This document shows positions 37,026-46,628 of a DNA stretch of 64,000 bases, piece after piece. The DNA is from an uncultured Candidatus Saccharibacteria bacterium. GTDB taxonomy: Bacteria; Patescibacteriota; Saccharimonadia; Saccharimonadales; Saccharimonadaceae. The stretch spans positions 3,501-67,500 of the forward strand of contig CBDFCT010000001.1 of the NCBI GenBank assembly GCA_965246155.1, read 5' to 3'. A model generated the notes under the pieces. That model ran no database searches and had not been told where the DNA came from. It saw nothing but the letters and a program-made list of their open reading frames with translations. The translations under genes were made by a program, and so were the position numbers. Numbering within the stretch: the first letter of the stretch is position 1; every line of letters begins with the position of its first letter.

Positions 37026-38813
37026 TTAGTCAGTCTCGGGAGCAGGCCGGATGTGGAGTTCCTTAAGCTGGGTATCGAGTACCTGAGAGGGTGAGCCCAT
37101 CATTAAGTCGGCACCGGAACCGTTCTTGGGGAAGGCGACGATGTCACGGATGTTGTCGGTATTTTCCATGACCATGAAGATCCGATCCAGACCGTAGGCA
37201 CAGCCGGCGTGGGGTGGAGCGCCGTAGCGAAAGGCGTTGAGCAGGGCGCCAAACTTCTGTTCGACATATGCGTGGTCGTAGCCGAGGATCTCGAAGACTT
37301 TATACATGATATCAGGGTTATGGTTGCGGACGGCGCCGGAGCATATCTCGTAACCATTCATCACCATGTCATATTGGTCGGCAGTGATAGCTAGTTTCTG
37401 CTCGTCGGTAGTGGCTTGCTCTAGAGTGGCTATACCGCCCTTGGGCATTGAGAAGGGGTTGTGTCCGAAGTCGACTCTTGCACTAGTTTCGTCATATTCG
37501 TAGAAAGGAAAATCGGTTATCCAGCATAGTGCCACTTCGTCGTCGTGCTTGAGCTCCTGGAAATCAGCTAAGGCGACTCGGAGCTTCCCTAGCACCTTGT
37601 TGACCAGGGCTCGCCGGTCAGCTCCGAATAGGACGATATCACCGGCAGTAGCCTCGGTGCGCCTGGTAATCTCGTCCAGCTCGCTCTTACTAAGAAACTT
37701 GGCGATCGGACTCTTGATACCTGATTCTTCGTAAGTCAGATAGGCTAGCCCACCGGCACCTTCTGTCTTGGCTAGCTCGGTAAAGTTATCGATCTGCTTG
37801 CGAGTAAATGATGCTCCACCTTTGACGCAAATCGCCTTGATACACTCAGCCTGCTTAAATACGCCAAAACTAGTTTCGCTCAGGGCATCGGTGAGCTCAA
37901 CCAACTCCAGGTGGTAGCGCAGGTCCGGTTTATCTGTACCATAGCGCTCCATGGCTTCGTGGTAAGTCAGGCGAGGAATCGGGTCGCTACCAGAAGTATA
38001 GGTGCTGACTAGCTTCTTGTGACCGAACTCTTTAGTCAGCTGGATGATTAACGGCTCAAGGGTGCTCCGGACTATCTCGCCGTCGTCGACGAAACTCATC
38101 TCACAGTCGAGCTGGTAAAACTCACCATAGAGACGGTCAGCCCGGGGGTCTTCATCTCTGAAGCAGGCAGCAATCTGGTAATAACGTGGCACTCCGCCAA
38201 CCATTAGCAGCTGTTTGAATTGCTGAGGAGCTTGCGGCAAAGCGTAATAATCACCCTGATGTAGCCGAGAAGGGACGAGGAAGTCTCTGGCTCCCTCGGG
38301 GCTACTATTAGCTAAGATCGGGGTGGTGACCTCGATGAAATCGTGTTCCATCATATACTGGCGGATAATACGGTTGAACTGGTCTCGCCGGGTGATCATT
38401 TGTTGCATTGATGGCCGGCGCAAGTCAAGATAGCGGTAGCGGAGACGCATCTCTTCACTAGACCGCTGTCCCTCGTCTCTGGTGGCGACGGGAATCGGGT
38501 CGGAGCGGTTGAGGATCTCCAGCTGGCGAGCGACAAGCTCGATCTGCCCGGTAGCTAGATGGGGGTTTTCCAGCCCGGTGCCTCTTTCTCGCACTGTTCC
38601 GGTGACGGCTATGCAGTACTCATCACGGAGCCTCTCAGCTAGGTGAAAAATATCGTCATGGTCCGGGTTAAACACCACTTGAACTAGCCCGGTGTGGTCT
38701 CGCAGGTCGACAAAGATAACTCCACCGTGATCTCGTCTGGTGTTAACCCAGCCGGCGACTTTGATCTCTTGTCCAATTAGCCGGGGCGTTTTGACAGTCA
38801 GTGTTCTCTCCAT
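37026..38813 (-). CDS. aspS: Aspartyl-tRNA synthetase
   Basis: OB-fold N-terminus (GWV..RRDHGG.IF.DLRD), class II motifs (FRDED.RADR; GGLDR), bacterial-type insertion domain. Confidence 0.95.
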   Translation of the reverse strand: MERTLTVKTPRLIGQEIKVAGWVNTRRDHGGVIFVDLRDHTGLVQVVFNPDHDDIFHLAERLRDEYCIAVTGTVRERGTGLENPHLATGQIELVARQLEILNRSDPIPVATRDEGQRSSEEMRLRYRYLDLRRPSMQQMITRRDQFNRIIRQYMMEHDFIEVTTPILANSSPEGARDFLVPSRLHQGDYYALPQAPQQFKQLLMVGGVPRYYQIAACFRDEDPRADRLYGEFYQLDCEMSFVDDGEIVRSTLEPLIIQLTKEFGHKKLVSTYTSGSDPIPRLTYHEAMERYGTDKPDLRYHLELVELTDALSETSFGVFKQAECIKAICVKGGASFTRKQIDNFTELAKTEGAGGLAYLTYEESGIKSPIAKFLSKSELDEITRRTEATAGDIVLFGADRRALVNKVLGKLRVALADFQELKHDDEVALCWITDFPFYEYDETSARVDFGHNPFSMPKGGIATLEQATTDEQKLAITADQYDMVMNGYEICSGAVRNHNPDIMYKVFEILGYDHAYVEQKFGALLNAFRYGAPPHAGCAYGLDRIFMVMENTDNIRDIVAFPKNGSGADLMMGSPSQVLDTQLKELHIRPAPETD

Positions 38814-38868
38814 AATGAAAATCCTTTCTCAGGTGCTTGCCTAATATTCTAACACAGCCGGTGATCGG

Positions 38869-39747
38869 CTAGATCTGACAGGACTGACCAGCTGAGATAA
38901 TTTCGCCTAGATTGACCAGCCCGTAGATATGCTTATTCTTGGTGATGATAGCGACGGTAGTCTCGTTATCTGCCATTAGTCGAAGTACTTCGGGCGTGGT
39001 AGTGCTCGCCTCACAGCTAACGAAATTACGATTCATGCTACTGAGCAGTTGCTTTTCCGACTGTCCGATCACGGTGACATCAGCCAGGTGGAGCAAGCCG
39101 ACGACATCGTTCTCGTCATTGCGGATGACAGGGAAGATTTTCTGACGGCTCTGAAAGAGCTCGTCAATATGCTTCGGAGTGAGGCGATCTTTGAAACTAA
39201 TCTTTTTGATGTCACTCCACTTAGTGGCTAGTTTTTCGACGGGAGTGTGCTGAGCAAGCAGAGTCCTCTCGATCAAGAGCTGGGTGGGGCAATCAATCTT
39301 GCTATCGTGTAGCACCTGGATTAGCTCATCGACGTCGTCGATCGGGTCGACCGGCTTGCTGGTTACCAGGCTATTAAATACACCGGTCCAGCCAAAGTAC
39401 TTATTGATAAAGCCGGCTTGTTTGATCAAAAGCTGGTCGGTCAAGGGAGTGAGTCGAGCGCCCAGTAGTTGAGCTAAGGCGATGATCACCAGCGAGATAA
39501 AGCAGCCTGCGACTATGCCCCAGGTGAGAGCGGCGAGGCAGGCTATCCAAATGGTAGCGAGCAGGGCGACTAAACTGACAAATAGATGTAGGCCGGGGTA
39601 ATAGCTAATCAGCTGATTGACCGCTCTAACCTTGCGCCCGGTTGTGCCGAGAGCCTTGATGGCGGATTTATTGCGGTTGGCGTGGAAGTCAACGCTGGAG
39701 TTGGCGGTGACCAGGATAGTCAAGATAATGATCAGAAACACGCTCAT
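38869..39747 (-). CDS. CNNM/DUF21-type membrane protein with CBS-pair domain
   Basis: N-terminal TM helices, then two CBS-like repeats (FPVIRNDENDVVGLLHLADV; TVAIITKNKHIYGLVNLGEI). TACAAT lies 7 nt upstream of the ATG. Confidence 0.55.
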   Translation of the reverse strand: MSVFLIIILTILVTANSSVDFHANRNKSAIKALGTTGRKVRAVNQLISYYPGLHLFVSLVALLATIWIACLAALTWGIVAGCFISLVIIALAQLLGARLTPLTDQLLIKQAGFINKYFGWTGVFNSLVTSKPVDPIDDVDELIQVLHDSKIDCPTQLLIERTLLAQHTPVEKLATKWSDIKKISFKDRLTPKHIDELFQSRQKIFPVIRNDENDVVGLLHLADVTVIGQSEKQLLSSMNRNFVSCEASTTTPEVLRLMADNETTVAIITKNKHIYGLVNLGEIISAGQSCQI

Positions 39748-39800
39748 GCCCTACATTGTATCATTATGCTATAATCAGGTGAAATGCGAGGGAGATATTG

Positions 39801-40565
39801 ATGAATAAGAGAGCATGGATTGTATTTACACTTGTGGTAGCGCTGAGCTTCGGCTTGCTGCTATGGCAGAAGAACCAAACCCAGGGTCAGAATAGTAGCA
39901 GCAAAGAGCTGGCTTATGTTAGTCAGCTGGATGGCACTAAACTAATCACTAGAGACGATATCATCCGAGCCAAGGAAAAGACGTTAAAATGCCGGCTAAG
40001 TCAGGATGAAAAGGATGACATTATCGACGATGTCTACCTAGGCAAAAAGGATGCCAAGGTGATCGTGATAGAGTACGAAGACTTTGCCTGCTCACATTGC
40101 CAGGCGATCAGTCGCTATACCGAGAAGATCCAGAATGATTATCGAGATAAAGTGCTATTTATCAGGCGAGAGTATAGCCTGAACTACCCGAACTCCAAGG
40201 CGACTCTGAGTGCTGCTGAGGTAGCCAAGAAGCTGGGCGGCAATGATGCTTACTGGAAAATGAATGGCAAGCTGTTCCAGAACCAGATGTGGGTTGGCTA
40301 TGCCGTCTCGTCCGGCGAGCGTCAGACGACTCTGGATAAGTATGCCAAGGAGTCCGGGGTTGATGTGAAGAAGTTTAACGAACTCCTGGAGAAGACGGAG
40401 ACTAACGGCGTCCAAGAAAAGATTGATCGGGATAAAAAACTGGGTGATAAAGCGGGGGTAACCGGTACACCAACTTGGCTTGTTAACGGTAAGAAAGTTG
40501 GTTCGTCAACCGATGCCAATATCCGTCAGGCGATCAAACAGGCTCTGGAGAAGGCGGCCAAGTAG
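39801..40565 (+). CDS. DsbA-like thioredoxin-fold thiol:disulfide oxidoreductase (membrane-anchored/secreted)
   Basis: CSHC active site in EYEDFACSHCQA and an N-terminal TM helix. The listed start 39798 is TTG, and the adjacent ATG is at 39801. Confidence 0.75.
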   Translation: MNKRAWIVFTLVVALSFGLLLWQKNQTQGQNSSSKELAYVSQLDGTKLITRDDIIRAKEKTLKCRLSQDEKDDIIDDVYLGKKDAKVIVIEYEDFACSHCQAISRYTEKIQNDYRDKVLFIRREYSLNYPNSKATLSAAEVAKKLGGNDAYWKMNGKLFQNQMWVGYAVSSGERQTTLDKYAKESGVDVKKFNELLEKTETNGVQEKIDRDKKLGDKAGVTGTPTWLVNGKKVGSSTDANIRQAIKQALEKAAK

Positions 40566-40635
40566 AAGCGAAGCTTCAGGTCAGACGTCAAGGGGTGAAC
40601 GGCATCATTAGGAGGCTCGCTAGGACGACCCGGAT

Positions 40636-42459
40636 CTAGTGACGATGGGCACGCTTGCGCTTGATTGGGTCCAGCTCGGCTTTGCGCAGGCGCAGGTGCT
40701 GAGGGGTAACCTCCAGCAGCTCGTCGTCTTCGATAAAGTCGAGACACTGCTCTAGTGACATCTGAGTATAGGGAGTTAGCTGGATGGCGCCATCGCTGGA
40801 CTTACTGCGCATATTAGTCAGCTGCTTACCCTTGCAGACGTTAATTTCTAAATCATCTTTGCGCTTATTCAGCCCAACGATCTCACCGGCGTAGACCTCG
40901 GTGCTCGGACCGATATACAGTTCACCTCGAGCCTCAGCACCGGCTAGGGCGTAGGCCGTTGACGTTCCGGACTCGGCGGCTATCAAGACGCCATTTCGCA
41001 GACCGCTCAAAGGCGCTCCTAGCGGCTGATAACCACAGGGCAGTGAACTCATGATGATCGTTCCCTTAGTGGCAGTCAACAAGGTGTTGTGCAAGCCAAT
41101 CAAAGCTCGAGATGTGATACGGTAAGTGGCTCGGATTTGCCCTTGACTGGTAGTCTCCTGGTTGGTCAATTCGCCATGACGAGCTCCCAGCTCCATGGAG
41201 ACGCTACCTAGCAACTCGGGAGAGACTTCGATGAAGAGCTCCTCGACTGACTCCATCTTTTGTCCATCTCGCTCGATCAGAATGACTTGTGGTCGTCCGA
41301 CTTCAAACTCATAGCCCTCTCGGCGCAAAGTCTCGATCAGGACAGACAGATGAAGCTCACCTCGTCCGCTTACTCTGAAGCCAATATTGGCGGGCTCAAC
41401 TCTTAGCGCCACATTAGTCTCCAGCTCTCGCTCGAGACGCTCGGCAATCTGGCGAGAAGTATTAAACTTGCCCTCTCGACCCTTAAAAGGGGAGGTGTTA
41501 GGCCCAAGGTAGATCGAGATGGTCGGCTGCTCAATCTCAATGCTAGGCAAGGGGGTCGGGTCGGCGGGGTCGGTGATCGTCTCGCCGATTTTTGCTTGGC
41601 TAACTCCGGTGATGGCGACGATGTCACCGGCTACGACCCGGTCAACCTCCTGGCGATTCAGACCATTATATGTAAAAAGCTTATCTATCTTGCCGCCGGC
41701 GACAGTGCCGTCCGGGCTGATCAGGCTAATCGGTGCACCTGCCTTAGCGACACCCCGCTCAATTCGTCCTAGGGCATATTTACCCAGGAAGCTGTCGTAC
41801 TGCAAGGAGGTGATTAGCATGCGGAAGGGCTTAGCCGGATCAACCTGCGGTGCCGGGATATGCTCAATGATCGCCCGAAAGATTGGCGTCAGGTCGGCTG
41901 ATGTGGTAGTGCTATCGGGCGTATCTGTCCAAGCTTTACCGTCTCGCCCGATGGCGTAGTAGACAGGATAATCCAGCTGATCGTCACTGGTAGCAAGCTC
42001 CAGGAAGAGATCGGCCACTTCGTCTTTGACTTCCTCAATCCGTCGAGCCGGTTTGTCGATCTTGTTGATGATGACGATCGGCTTGAGACCCAGCTCCAGT
42101 GCTTTAGCTAGGACAAACCTGGTCTGGGGCATTGGGCCTTCGGCGGCGTCGACAACCAACAGCACTCCGTCAGCCATCTGGAGAGTACGCTCGACTTCGC
42201 CGCTAAAGTCAGCGTGCCCAGGAGTGTCGATGATATTGATCTTGTAGCCGTCATAAGTGATGGCTGTGGTCTTGGCGGTGATAGTGATGCCTCGTTCCCG
42301 CTCTTGGTCGCCACTATCCATGATCAGAGTCTCGCTCATCTCCTGAGCGTTATCACGAAAAGTGTGCGATTGCTTAAGCAGACCATCCAATAGGGTAGTC
42401 TTACCGTGGTCAACGTGAGCAATGATAGCGATGTTGCGAATCTTATCTGGTGTATACAT
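40636..42459 (-). CDS. typA: Translational GTPase TypA/BipA
   Basis: [29 protein letters not shown].., and EF-G-like domain order. Confidence 0.95.
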   Translation of the reverse strand: MYTPDKIRNIAIIAHVDHGKTTLLDGLLKQSHTFRDNAQEMSETLIMDSGDQERERGITITAKTTAITYDGYKINIIDTPGHADFSGEVERTLQMADGVLLVVDAAEGPMPQTRFVLAKALELGLKPIVIINKIDKPARRIEEVKDEVADLFLELATSDDQLDYPVYYAIGRDGKAWTDTPDSTTTSADLTPIFRAIIEHIPAPQVDPAKPFRMLITSLQYDSFLGKYALGRIERGVAKAGAPISLISPDGTVAGGKIDKLFTYNGLNRQEVDRVVAGDIVAITGVSQAKIGETITDPADPTPLPSIEIEQPTISIYLGPNTSPFKGREGKFNTSRQIAERLERELETNVALRVEPANIGFRVSGRGELHLSVLIETLRREGYEFEVGRPQVILIERDGQKMESVEELFIEVSPELLGSVSMELGARHGELTNQETTSQGQIRATYRITSRALIGLHNTLLTATKGTIIMSSLPCGYQPLGAPLSGLRNGVLIAAESGTSTAYALAGAEARGELYIGPSTEVYAGEIVGLNKRKDDLEINVCKGKQLTNMRSKSSDGAIQLTPYTQMSLEQCLDFIEDDELLEVTPQHLRLRKAELDPIKRKRAHRH

Positions 42460-42562
42460 GAAATATAGTGCCGATTATGCCGGCACTCTCCCTAGCTAGC
42501 TATCATACACTAAAAGTAGTGGATGACAACTGTCGGCAACTATTAAGATATTAAATCAAAGC

Positions 42563-42640
42563 TGGTACACCCGGAGGGATTCGAACCCACGACCTTTGGT
42601 ACCGGAAACCAACGCTCTAATCCGGCTGAGCTACGGGTGC
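42563..42640 (-). tRNA. tRNA-Arg (anticodon CCG)
   Basis: Hand-folded: anticodon stem TTGGT/ACCAA, loop TTCCGGT, T-arm GTGGG-TTCGAAT-CCCTC, encoded CCA, G1-U72 wobble. Confidence 0.85.
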
Positions 42641-42678
42641 AAAATATAGGAGGGACGCAGGGTAGCCACCCCTCCTAT
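42641..42678 (-). terminator. Hairpin plus U-run downstream of the AAA+ gene, abutting the tRNA 5' end
   Basis: On the minus strand: ATAGGAGGG-N15-CCCTCCTAT followed by ATTTT. Confidence 0.45.
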
Positions 42679-42758
42679 GGGTATAATTATAGTACAAAAG
42701 TACTAATCTTGGCGAACCGGAGAGGGCGAATTCATTGAACGAGCTTCCGAGCCGGCTC

Positions 42759-43976
42759 CTATTGATTGAGCAGCCAGTCTACTACATTAACCTTTTTAAT
42801 TCCGTCAAACTGCTCAGGCACCAGATCCATCGTCAGTAAGAACTTAGGGTAGTTGTCTCTGATCTTATAGAATGGTGCCAGCTCTCGGGCGAGGGTCTTG
42901 GGTTGGTCGTTGACTTGATATGACACTTGGTAATAGACTCGTTCGCCACCGGCCATTTGAACCATGAAGTCAACCTCGCAGTCTTCGTTTTTGCCGATAA
43001 AGATCTCTCCTTCATTGCGCCTAAGAAGCTCGAGAAAAACGACATTTTCTAGGCGATGCCCGACGTCAGACCCGGGAGTACTACCGAGTAGAATGTTTCT
43101 AAGACCGAGATCGACCACGTAATATTTGTCGTTTGTGGTCAGCAGCCTTCTTCCCTTAATATCGTAGCGGCTAACGGGATAGACAAGGTATGATTTAGTC
43201 AAATAGTCCAAATAATTCTTGATGGTACCATGGAAAATATTATCGTTGTTTAGCTTGAAGAAATTACTGATATTTCGTGCCGACAATGGACTACCGATGG
43301 AGTCGAAGACAAATTTGACCACTCGGTCAAAATCAATCCTACCTCTGATCTGATAACGTTCGGCTATATCTTTATTGACAACGGTATCGTAGATATTTCT
43401 GAGGTAGTTATTAGCCAGCTTATCATCAATTTTTGCCAGATTGATAGCTTCCGGAAAAGAGCTACTTGTCAGGTATTTCTCGAAGAGGCGGTCGTTGTTA
43501 TGCTCCTCGGGAAATACCTGGACGAATTCACTAAAAGAAAATGGCAAGACGTGAATAGATATATAACGACCGGTTAGTAAGGTTGATAGCTCGCCGGAGA
43601 GTAAAAAAGCGTTACTGCCAGTGATGTAGAGATCTACATTGGGCTTAACAAACAGAGAATCGGCTACTTCTTCAAACTGTGCGACCTTCTGAACCTCATC
43701 CAGGAAGATGTAGTTCATTTTGTCCGGTACAAGTTTTTGCTCGATACGATGGTGTAATTTACGCCAATCTCTCAGCTCGACGTTCTTCTCTTCTTCAAAG
43801 TTAAATGATTGGATTTGACTATCGGCAATGCCCTGCTCTCTGAGCGTATCTTGAAATAGTCCGAGCAGGGTTGACTTGCCACTTCGGCGAACACCGGTAA
43901 CAACCTTGATGACATTCTGATCTTTAGAGAGCGCTAGTTGGTCTAAGTATTGCTGACGAATAATTTTCGCATTCAT
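42759..43976 (-). CDS. AAA+ ATPase with C-terminal DUF4143-type (restriction-endonuclease-like) domain
   Basis: Walker A GVRRSGKST, Walker B YIFLDEVQ, C-terminal ...CEVDFMVQ...VYYQVSY. Visibly more AT-rich than its neighbours. Confidence 0.7.
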   Translation of the reverse strand: MNAKIIRQQYLDQLALSKDQNVIKVVTGVRRSGKSTLLGLFQDTLREQGIADSQIQSFNFEEEKNVELRDWRKLHHRIEQKLVPDKMNYIFLDEVQKVAQFEEVADSLFVKPNVDLYITGSNAFLLSGELSTLLTGRYISIHVLPFSFSEFVQVFPEEHNNDRLFEKYLTSSSFPEAINLAKIDDKLANNYLRNIYDTVVNKDIAERYQIRGRIDFDRVVKFVFDSIGSPLSARNISNFFKLNNDNIFHGTIKNYLDYLTKSYLVYPVSRYDIKGRRLLTTNDKYYVVDLGLRNILLGSTPGSDVGHRLENVVFLELLRRNEGEIFIGKNEDCEVDFMVQMAGGERVYYQVSYQVNDQPKTLARELAPFYKIRDNYPKFLLTMDLVPEQFDGIKKVNVVDWLLNQ

Positions 43977-43984
43977 ACTGTTTA

Positions 43985-44026
43985 CTATCCACCAAAATTA
44001 CCAAAAAAGCAATTTTTGGTGGATAG
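43985..44026. promoter_or_regulatory. Perfect 13-bp inverted repeat immediately upstream of the AAA+ gene (possible operator)
   Basis: CTATCCACCAAAA-N16-TTTTGGTGGATAG, starting 9 nt from the ATG at 43976. Confidence 0.4.
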
Positions 44027-44059
44027 CGTGATGGCGCTAACAGATATAATGATGTAAAA

Positions 44060-44206
44060 AAGGCTTCTTTGCTGGCGCAAAGTCGCAGGTTCTCACCTCG
44101 CTTCAACAATGTCCGGCATCATACTGCGTCTTCCATGCAATGTACTCTTGGTACGCCCGGCAGGGTTCGAAGGCTTCTTTGCTGACGCAAAGTCGCAGGT
44201 TCTCAC
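44060..44206. repeat. Two copies of a 37-nt hairpin-containing repeat (44060-44096, 44170-44206; 36/37 identical)
   Basis: AAGGCTTCTTTGCTG[G/A]CGCAAAGTCGCAGGTTCTCAC. It contains the CTTTGC-N4-GCAAAG hairpin and an 11-nt inverted copy (GTCGCAGGTTC) of the adjacent tRNA T-arm. Confidence 0.85.
44148..44171 (-). repeat. Exact 24-nt duplicate of the 3' end of tRNA-Arg(TCG) (att-like scar)
   Basis: TTGGTACGCCCGGCAGGGTTCGAA is identical to 44257-44280 (T-loop through CCA plus 1 nt). The upstream T-stem half is missing, so it is not a functional tRNA. Confidence 0.85.
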
Positions 44207-44257
44207 TCTCCTTAATAGTGCCAGATGCCACAGTGTATTTGCGGCGTAATGATTGTT

Positions 44258-44334
44258 TGGTACGCCCGGCAGGGTTCGAACCTGCGACCCCTTGGTTCGA
44301 AGCCAAGTACTCTAATCCGCTGAGCTACGGGCGC
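44258..44334 (-). tRNA. tRNA-Arg (anticodon TCG)
   Basis: Hand-folded: anticodon stem CTTGG/CCAAG, loop CTTCGAA, T-arm GCAGG-TTCGAAC-CCTGC, encoded CCA, G1-U72 wobble. TGTTATAAT ends 8 nt upstream on the minus strand. Confidence 0.85.
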
Positions 44335-44375
44335 TTAATTGGATTATAACACAGCTGCTGAGTTATACTGGCAAT

Positions 44376-45191
44376 ATGTCCAGACAGCTAAGCGGTCGAG
44401 AGTTAGTTAGCTTTATTAAAGAGCGTCAGGCTCGTCAAGTGCGAGCTCTGAAGCAACATGACCATATCCGGCCTAAACTGGCGATCATCCAGACCAAGCT
44501 CGACGCTGTGACTGATCTATACACTAAGCTCAAGCAGCGCTACGGTGAGGATGTCGGGATAGCTGTTGAGATTCATAAAGTCGATCAGCCGGGAGTAGAG
44601 CGACTGATAGAGCAACTCAATATGGATCCGACTGTACATGGTATTCTGATTCAGCTGCCACTGCCCGATCCATCGGCAACGGATAAGGTGGTTGATCTGG
44701 TCAACCCGGTCAAAGATGTCGACGGCTTAGCTAAGCAGTCGAAGTGGGATGCGACGACTGCTATGGCGATTAATTGGCTGCTGGCCGGCTATAATATTAA
44801 CCTCGCTGGCAAGCAGATCGCTATTGTCGGGCAAGGACGCCTGGTTGGTACACCTCTTACGAAAATGTGGCGACAGTCGGGGCTCAATGTGACCCCGCTG
44901 GACATTAGGTGTCCTAGTCTGGAGAAAACGCTGATCGATAAAGACGTCGTAGTGACGGCGACCGGCGTGCCCGGCTTGATCAGGTCAGAGATGCTGAAGG
45001 ACGGTGCTGTAGTAGTTGATGCCGGCACGGCTGATCTTGACGGTCAGGTGGTGGGAGATATTGATCCGCTGGTGCGGGAAAGGTCGGACATCACTATCAC
45101 GCCTCGGAAAGGCGGGGTCGGACCGCTAACTATCGCTTGTCTAATGGATAATGTAATTAGAGCTGCCGGGCAGAGTTTGAAACGCCGTTAG
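44376..45191 (+). CDS. folD: Bifunctional methylenetetrahydrofolate dehydrogenase/cyclohydrolase FolD
   Basis: GILIQLPLP, VVGQGRLVG, PRKGGVGPLT(I)A motifs. Confidence 0.9.
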   Translation: MSRQLSGRELVSFIKERQARQVRALKQHDHIRPKLAIIQTKLDAVTDLYTKLKQRYGEDVGIAVEIHKVDQPGVERLIEQLNMDPTVHGILIQLPLPDPSATDKVVDLVNPVKDVDGLAKQSKWDATTAMAINWLLAGYNINLAGKQIAIVGQGRLVGTPLTKMWRQSGLNVTPLDIRCPSLEKTLIDKDVVVTATGVPGLIRSEMLKDGAVVVDAGTADLDGQVVGDIDPLVRERSDITITPRKGGVGPLTIACLMDNVIRAAGQSLKRR

Positions 45192-45247
45192 CCTTTGGCT
45201 GTATTTATGTTATGATACTAGACAATACAAGTTAAGTATGATTTGGT

Positions 45248-46588
45248 ATGGAGAAAACAGGACAAGCAAATGAGGGTGGTGATCAGTCTAAGTGGTCATG
45301 CTGTGACATATCGGCAACGGAACCCGGTCAGATGCCTCAACCTGAGCTATTAAACGGAGAGCGATTTGACGACTGGCTTATCAAACAGGTTGATAGTCCG
45401 ATCGACCACAACATTGACCGGCTGATTGACCTCTATGGTGATGCTTATGGCGGTCAGATCGGTGAGCCGGGTGATAGTGGCGAAAGATTATATCAGTGTG
45501 CGGTCGAGAATGAGGCGATAGATGACGAGCCGATTAATCAGCTAAGCAAACAGGCGTTTGAATCTCGTATGAATAATCGCTGGGCGAGACAAAAAGCATG
45601 GCTGATCAGGTCATCGGGCGACGACAGGATCATTAGCAAGCTGAGCGATTCAGACGATCGCATCAGTGAAGATGGCTGGCGCCGGACTTCGGGCGAATGG
45701 GAGGTGGTCGATTCGTATTGCATCAAGCAGACAGAGCAGGGTGGCAAGGTGGTCATGCCTAGCTCAGATAGGCTACCGATCGAACACTGCTTTTACCTTA
45801 ATCCTGCTTCACTAGATCTTTACAAGATACTGAAGGCACTGGTAGAACAATACGATCAGCGTCAGATGCCTTTCTCGCTAAAGTATACTGAGCAAGATCG
45901 AGCAGATCGTATAGTCATTTACTCGACTACTCGACGGCTGAAGGATAATTACGAGGCGATCCGCCGGGTCAGCCAGCAATATCCGGCATTAGCTCAGCAT
46001 TTGCGTCCGGTTTTACCCACGGTTGGTACGATTGGCGGTAAAGTCGGCTATAGTCAGGGTGTCAGCCGAATCAAGGGGATGAGTCCCGATGTCTCATATA
46101 ATAGCTTGCGAACTGGGCTGCTCGCTCGGTCGTTAGACCACACCATGGCAGGCTGGCTAGTTGAGCATCGAAATGATCGACTCGGGTACCAGGGCAAGAA
46201 ACTGACCGTTACTAAGTTTATGACGAAACGACTGGTCGATAATGCTGTCGGCCAAATCAGGCGAGGTGATGCTCGAGATTATCTTAGTCCGGCTCTGATT
46301 GAGCGTCGGATTGCCGGTAAATTCAATGACCTGGTGAAGATGGTTGATGCGAGCAATTACTCCCCGGCCGGTGTCGCTCAGAGCGTTGAGATTTGCCGGG
46401 CCGGTGATGAGTCGTTGCGACTATCGTGGGGTGACGTGCGAGGCTTCATGGCGAGTATTGCTCCATGGGTGAATGCCAACAACCGGTCTTTCGCCCAGCA
46501 AGTCAAGGACAATATCCGTGAGTTATCGCCTCAGTATAATGTCAATGCGATTAATTTTATTCTGGACGATAATGACGCCTATCTGTAG
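45248..46588 (+). CDS. Hypothetical cytoplasmic protein (446 aa)
   Basis: Long ORF with no TM or signal. The segment CFYLNP...FSLKY...RADRIVIYS faintly recalls HopA1/LanKC-lyase-type families, but I cannot confirm that. Confidence 0.45.
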   Translation: MEKTGQANEGGDQSKWSCCDISATEPGQMPQPELLNGERFDDWLIKQVDSPIDHNIDRLIDLYGDAYGGQIGEPGDSGERLYQCAVENEAIDDEPINQLSKQAFESRMNNRWARQKAWLIRSSGDDRIISKLSDSDDRISEDGWRRTSGEWEVVDSYCIKQTEQGGKVVMPSSDRLPIEHCFYLNPASLDLYKILKALVEQYDQRQMPFSLKYTEQDRADRIVIYSTTRRLKDNYEAIRRVSQQYPALAQHLRPVLPTVGTIGGKVGYSQGVSRIKGMSPDVSYNSLRTGLLARSLDHTMAGWLVEHRNDRLGYQGKKLTVTKFMTKRLVDNAVGQIRRGDARDYLSPALIERRIAGKFNDLVKMVDASNYSPAGVAQSVEICRAGDESLRLSWGDVRGFMASIAPWVNANNRSFAQQVKDNIRELSPQYNVNAINFILDDNDAYL

Positions 46589-46628
46589 TTTGGCAATAAC
46601 TGACCAAGTCTAGTATAATCTCCAGCAA

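Noticed and set aside
44060-44206. Possible CRISPR array, because of 37-nt repeats with ~110-nt periodicity.
   Set aside because: There are only two copies. Each is fused to a tRNA 3'-end fragment, the intervening segments look like diverged duplicates rather than unique spacers, and there are no cas genes. An integration scar is the better explanation.
44103-44349. ORFs 44103-44306(-) and 44140-44349(+).
   Set aside because: They run through the tRNA-Arg gene and the att-like repeats. No translation signals are present.
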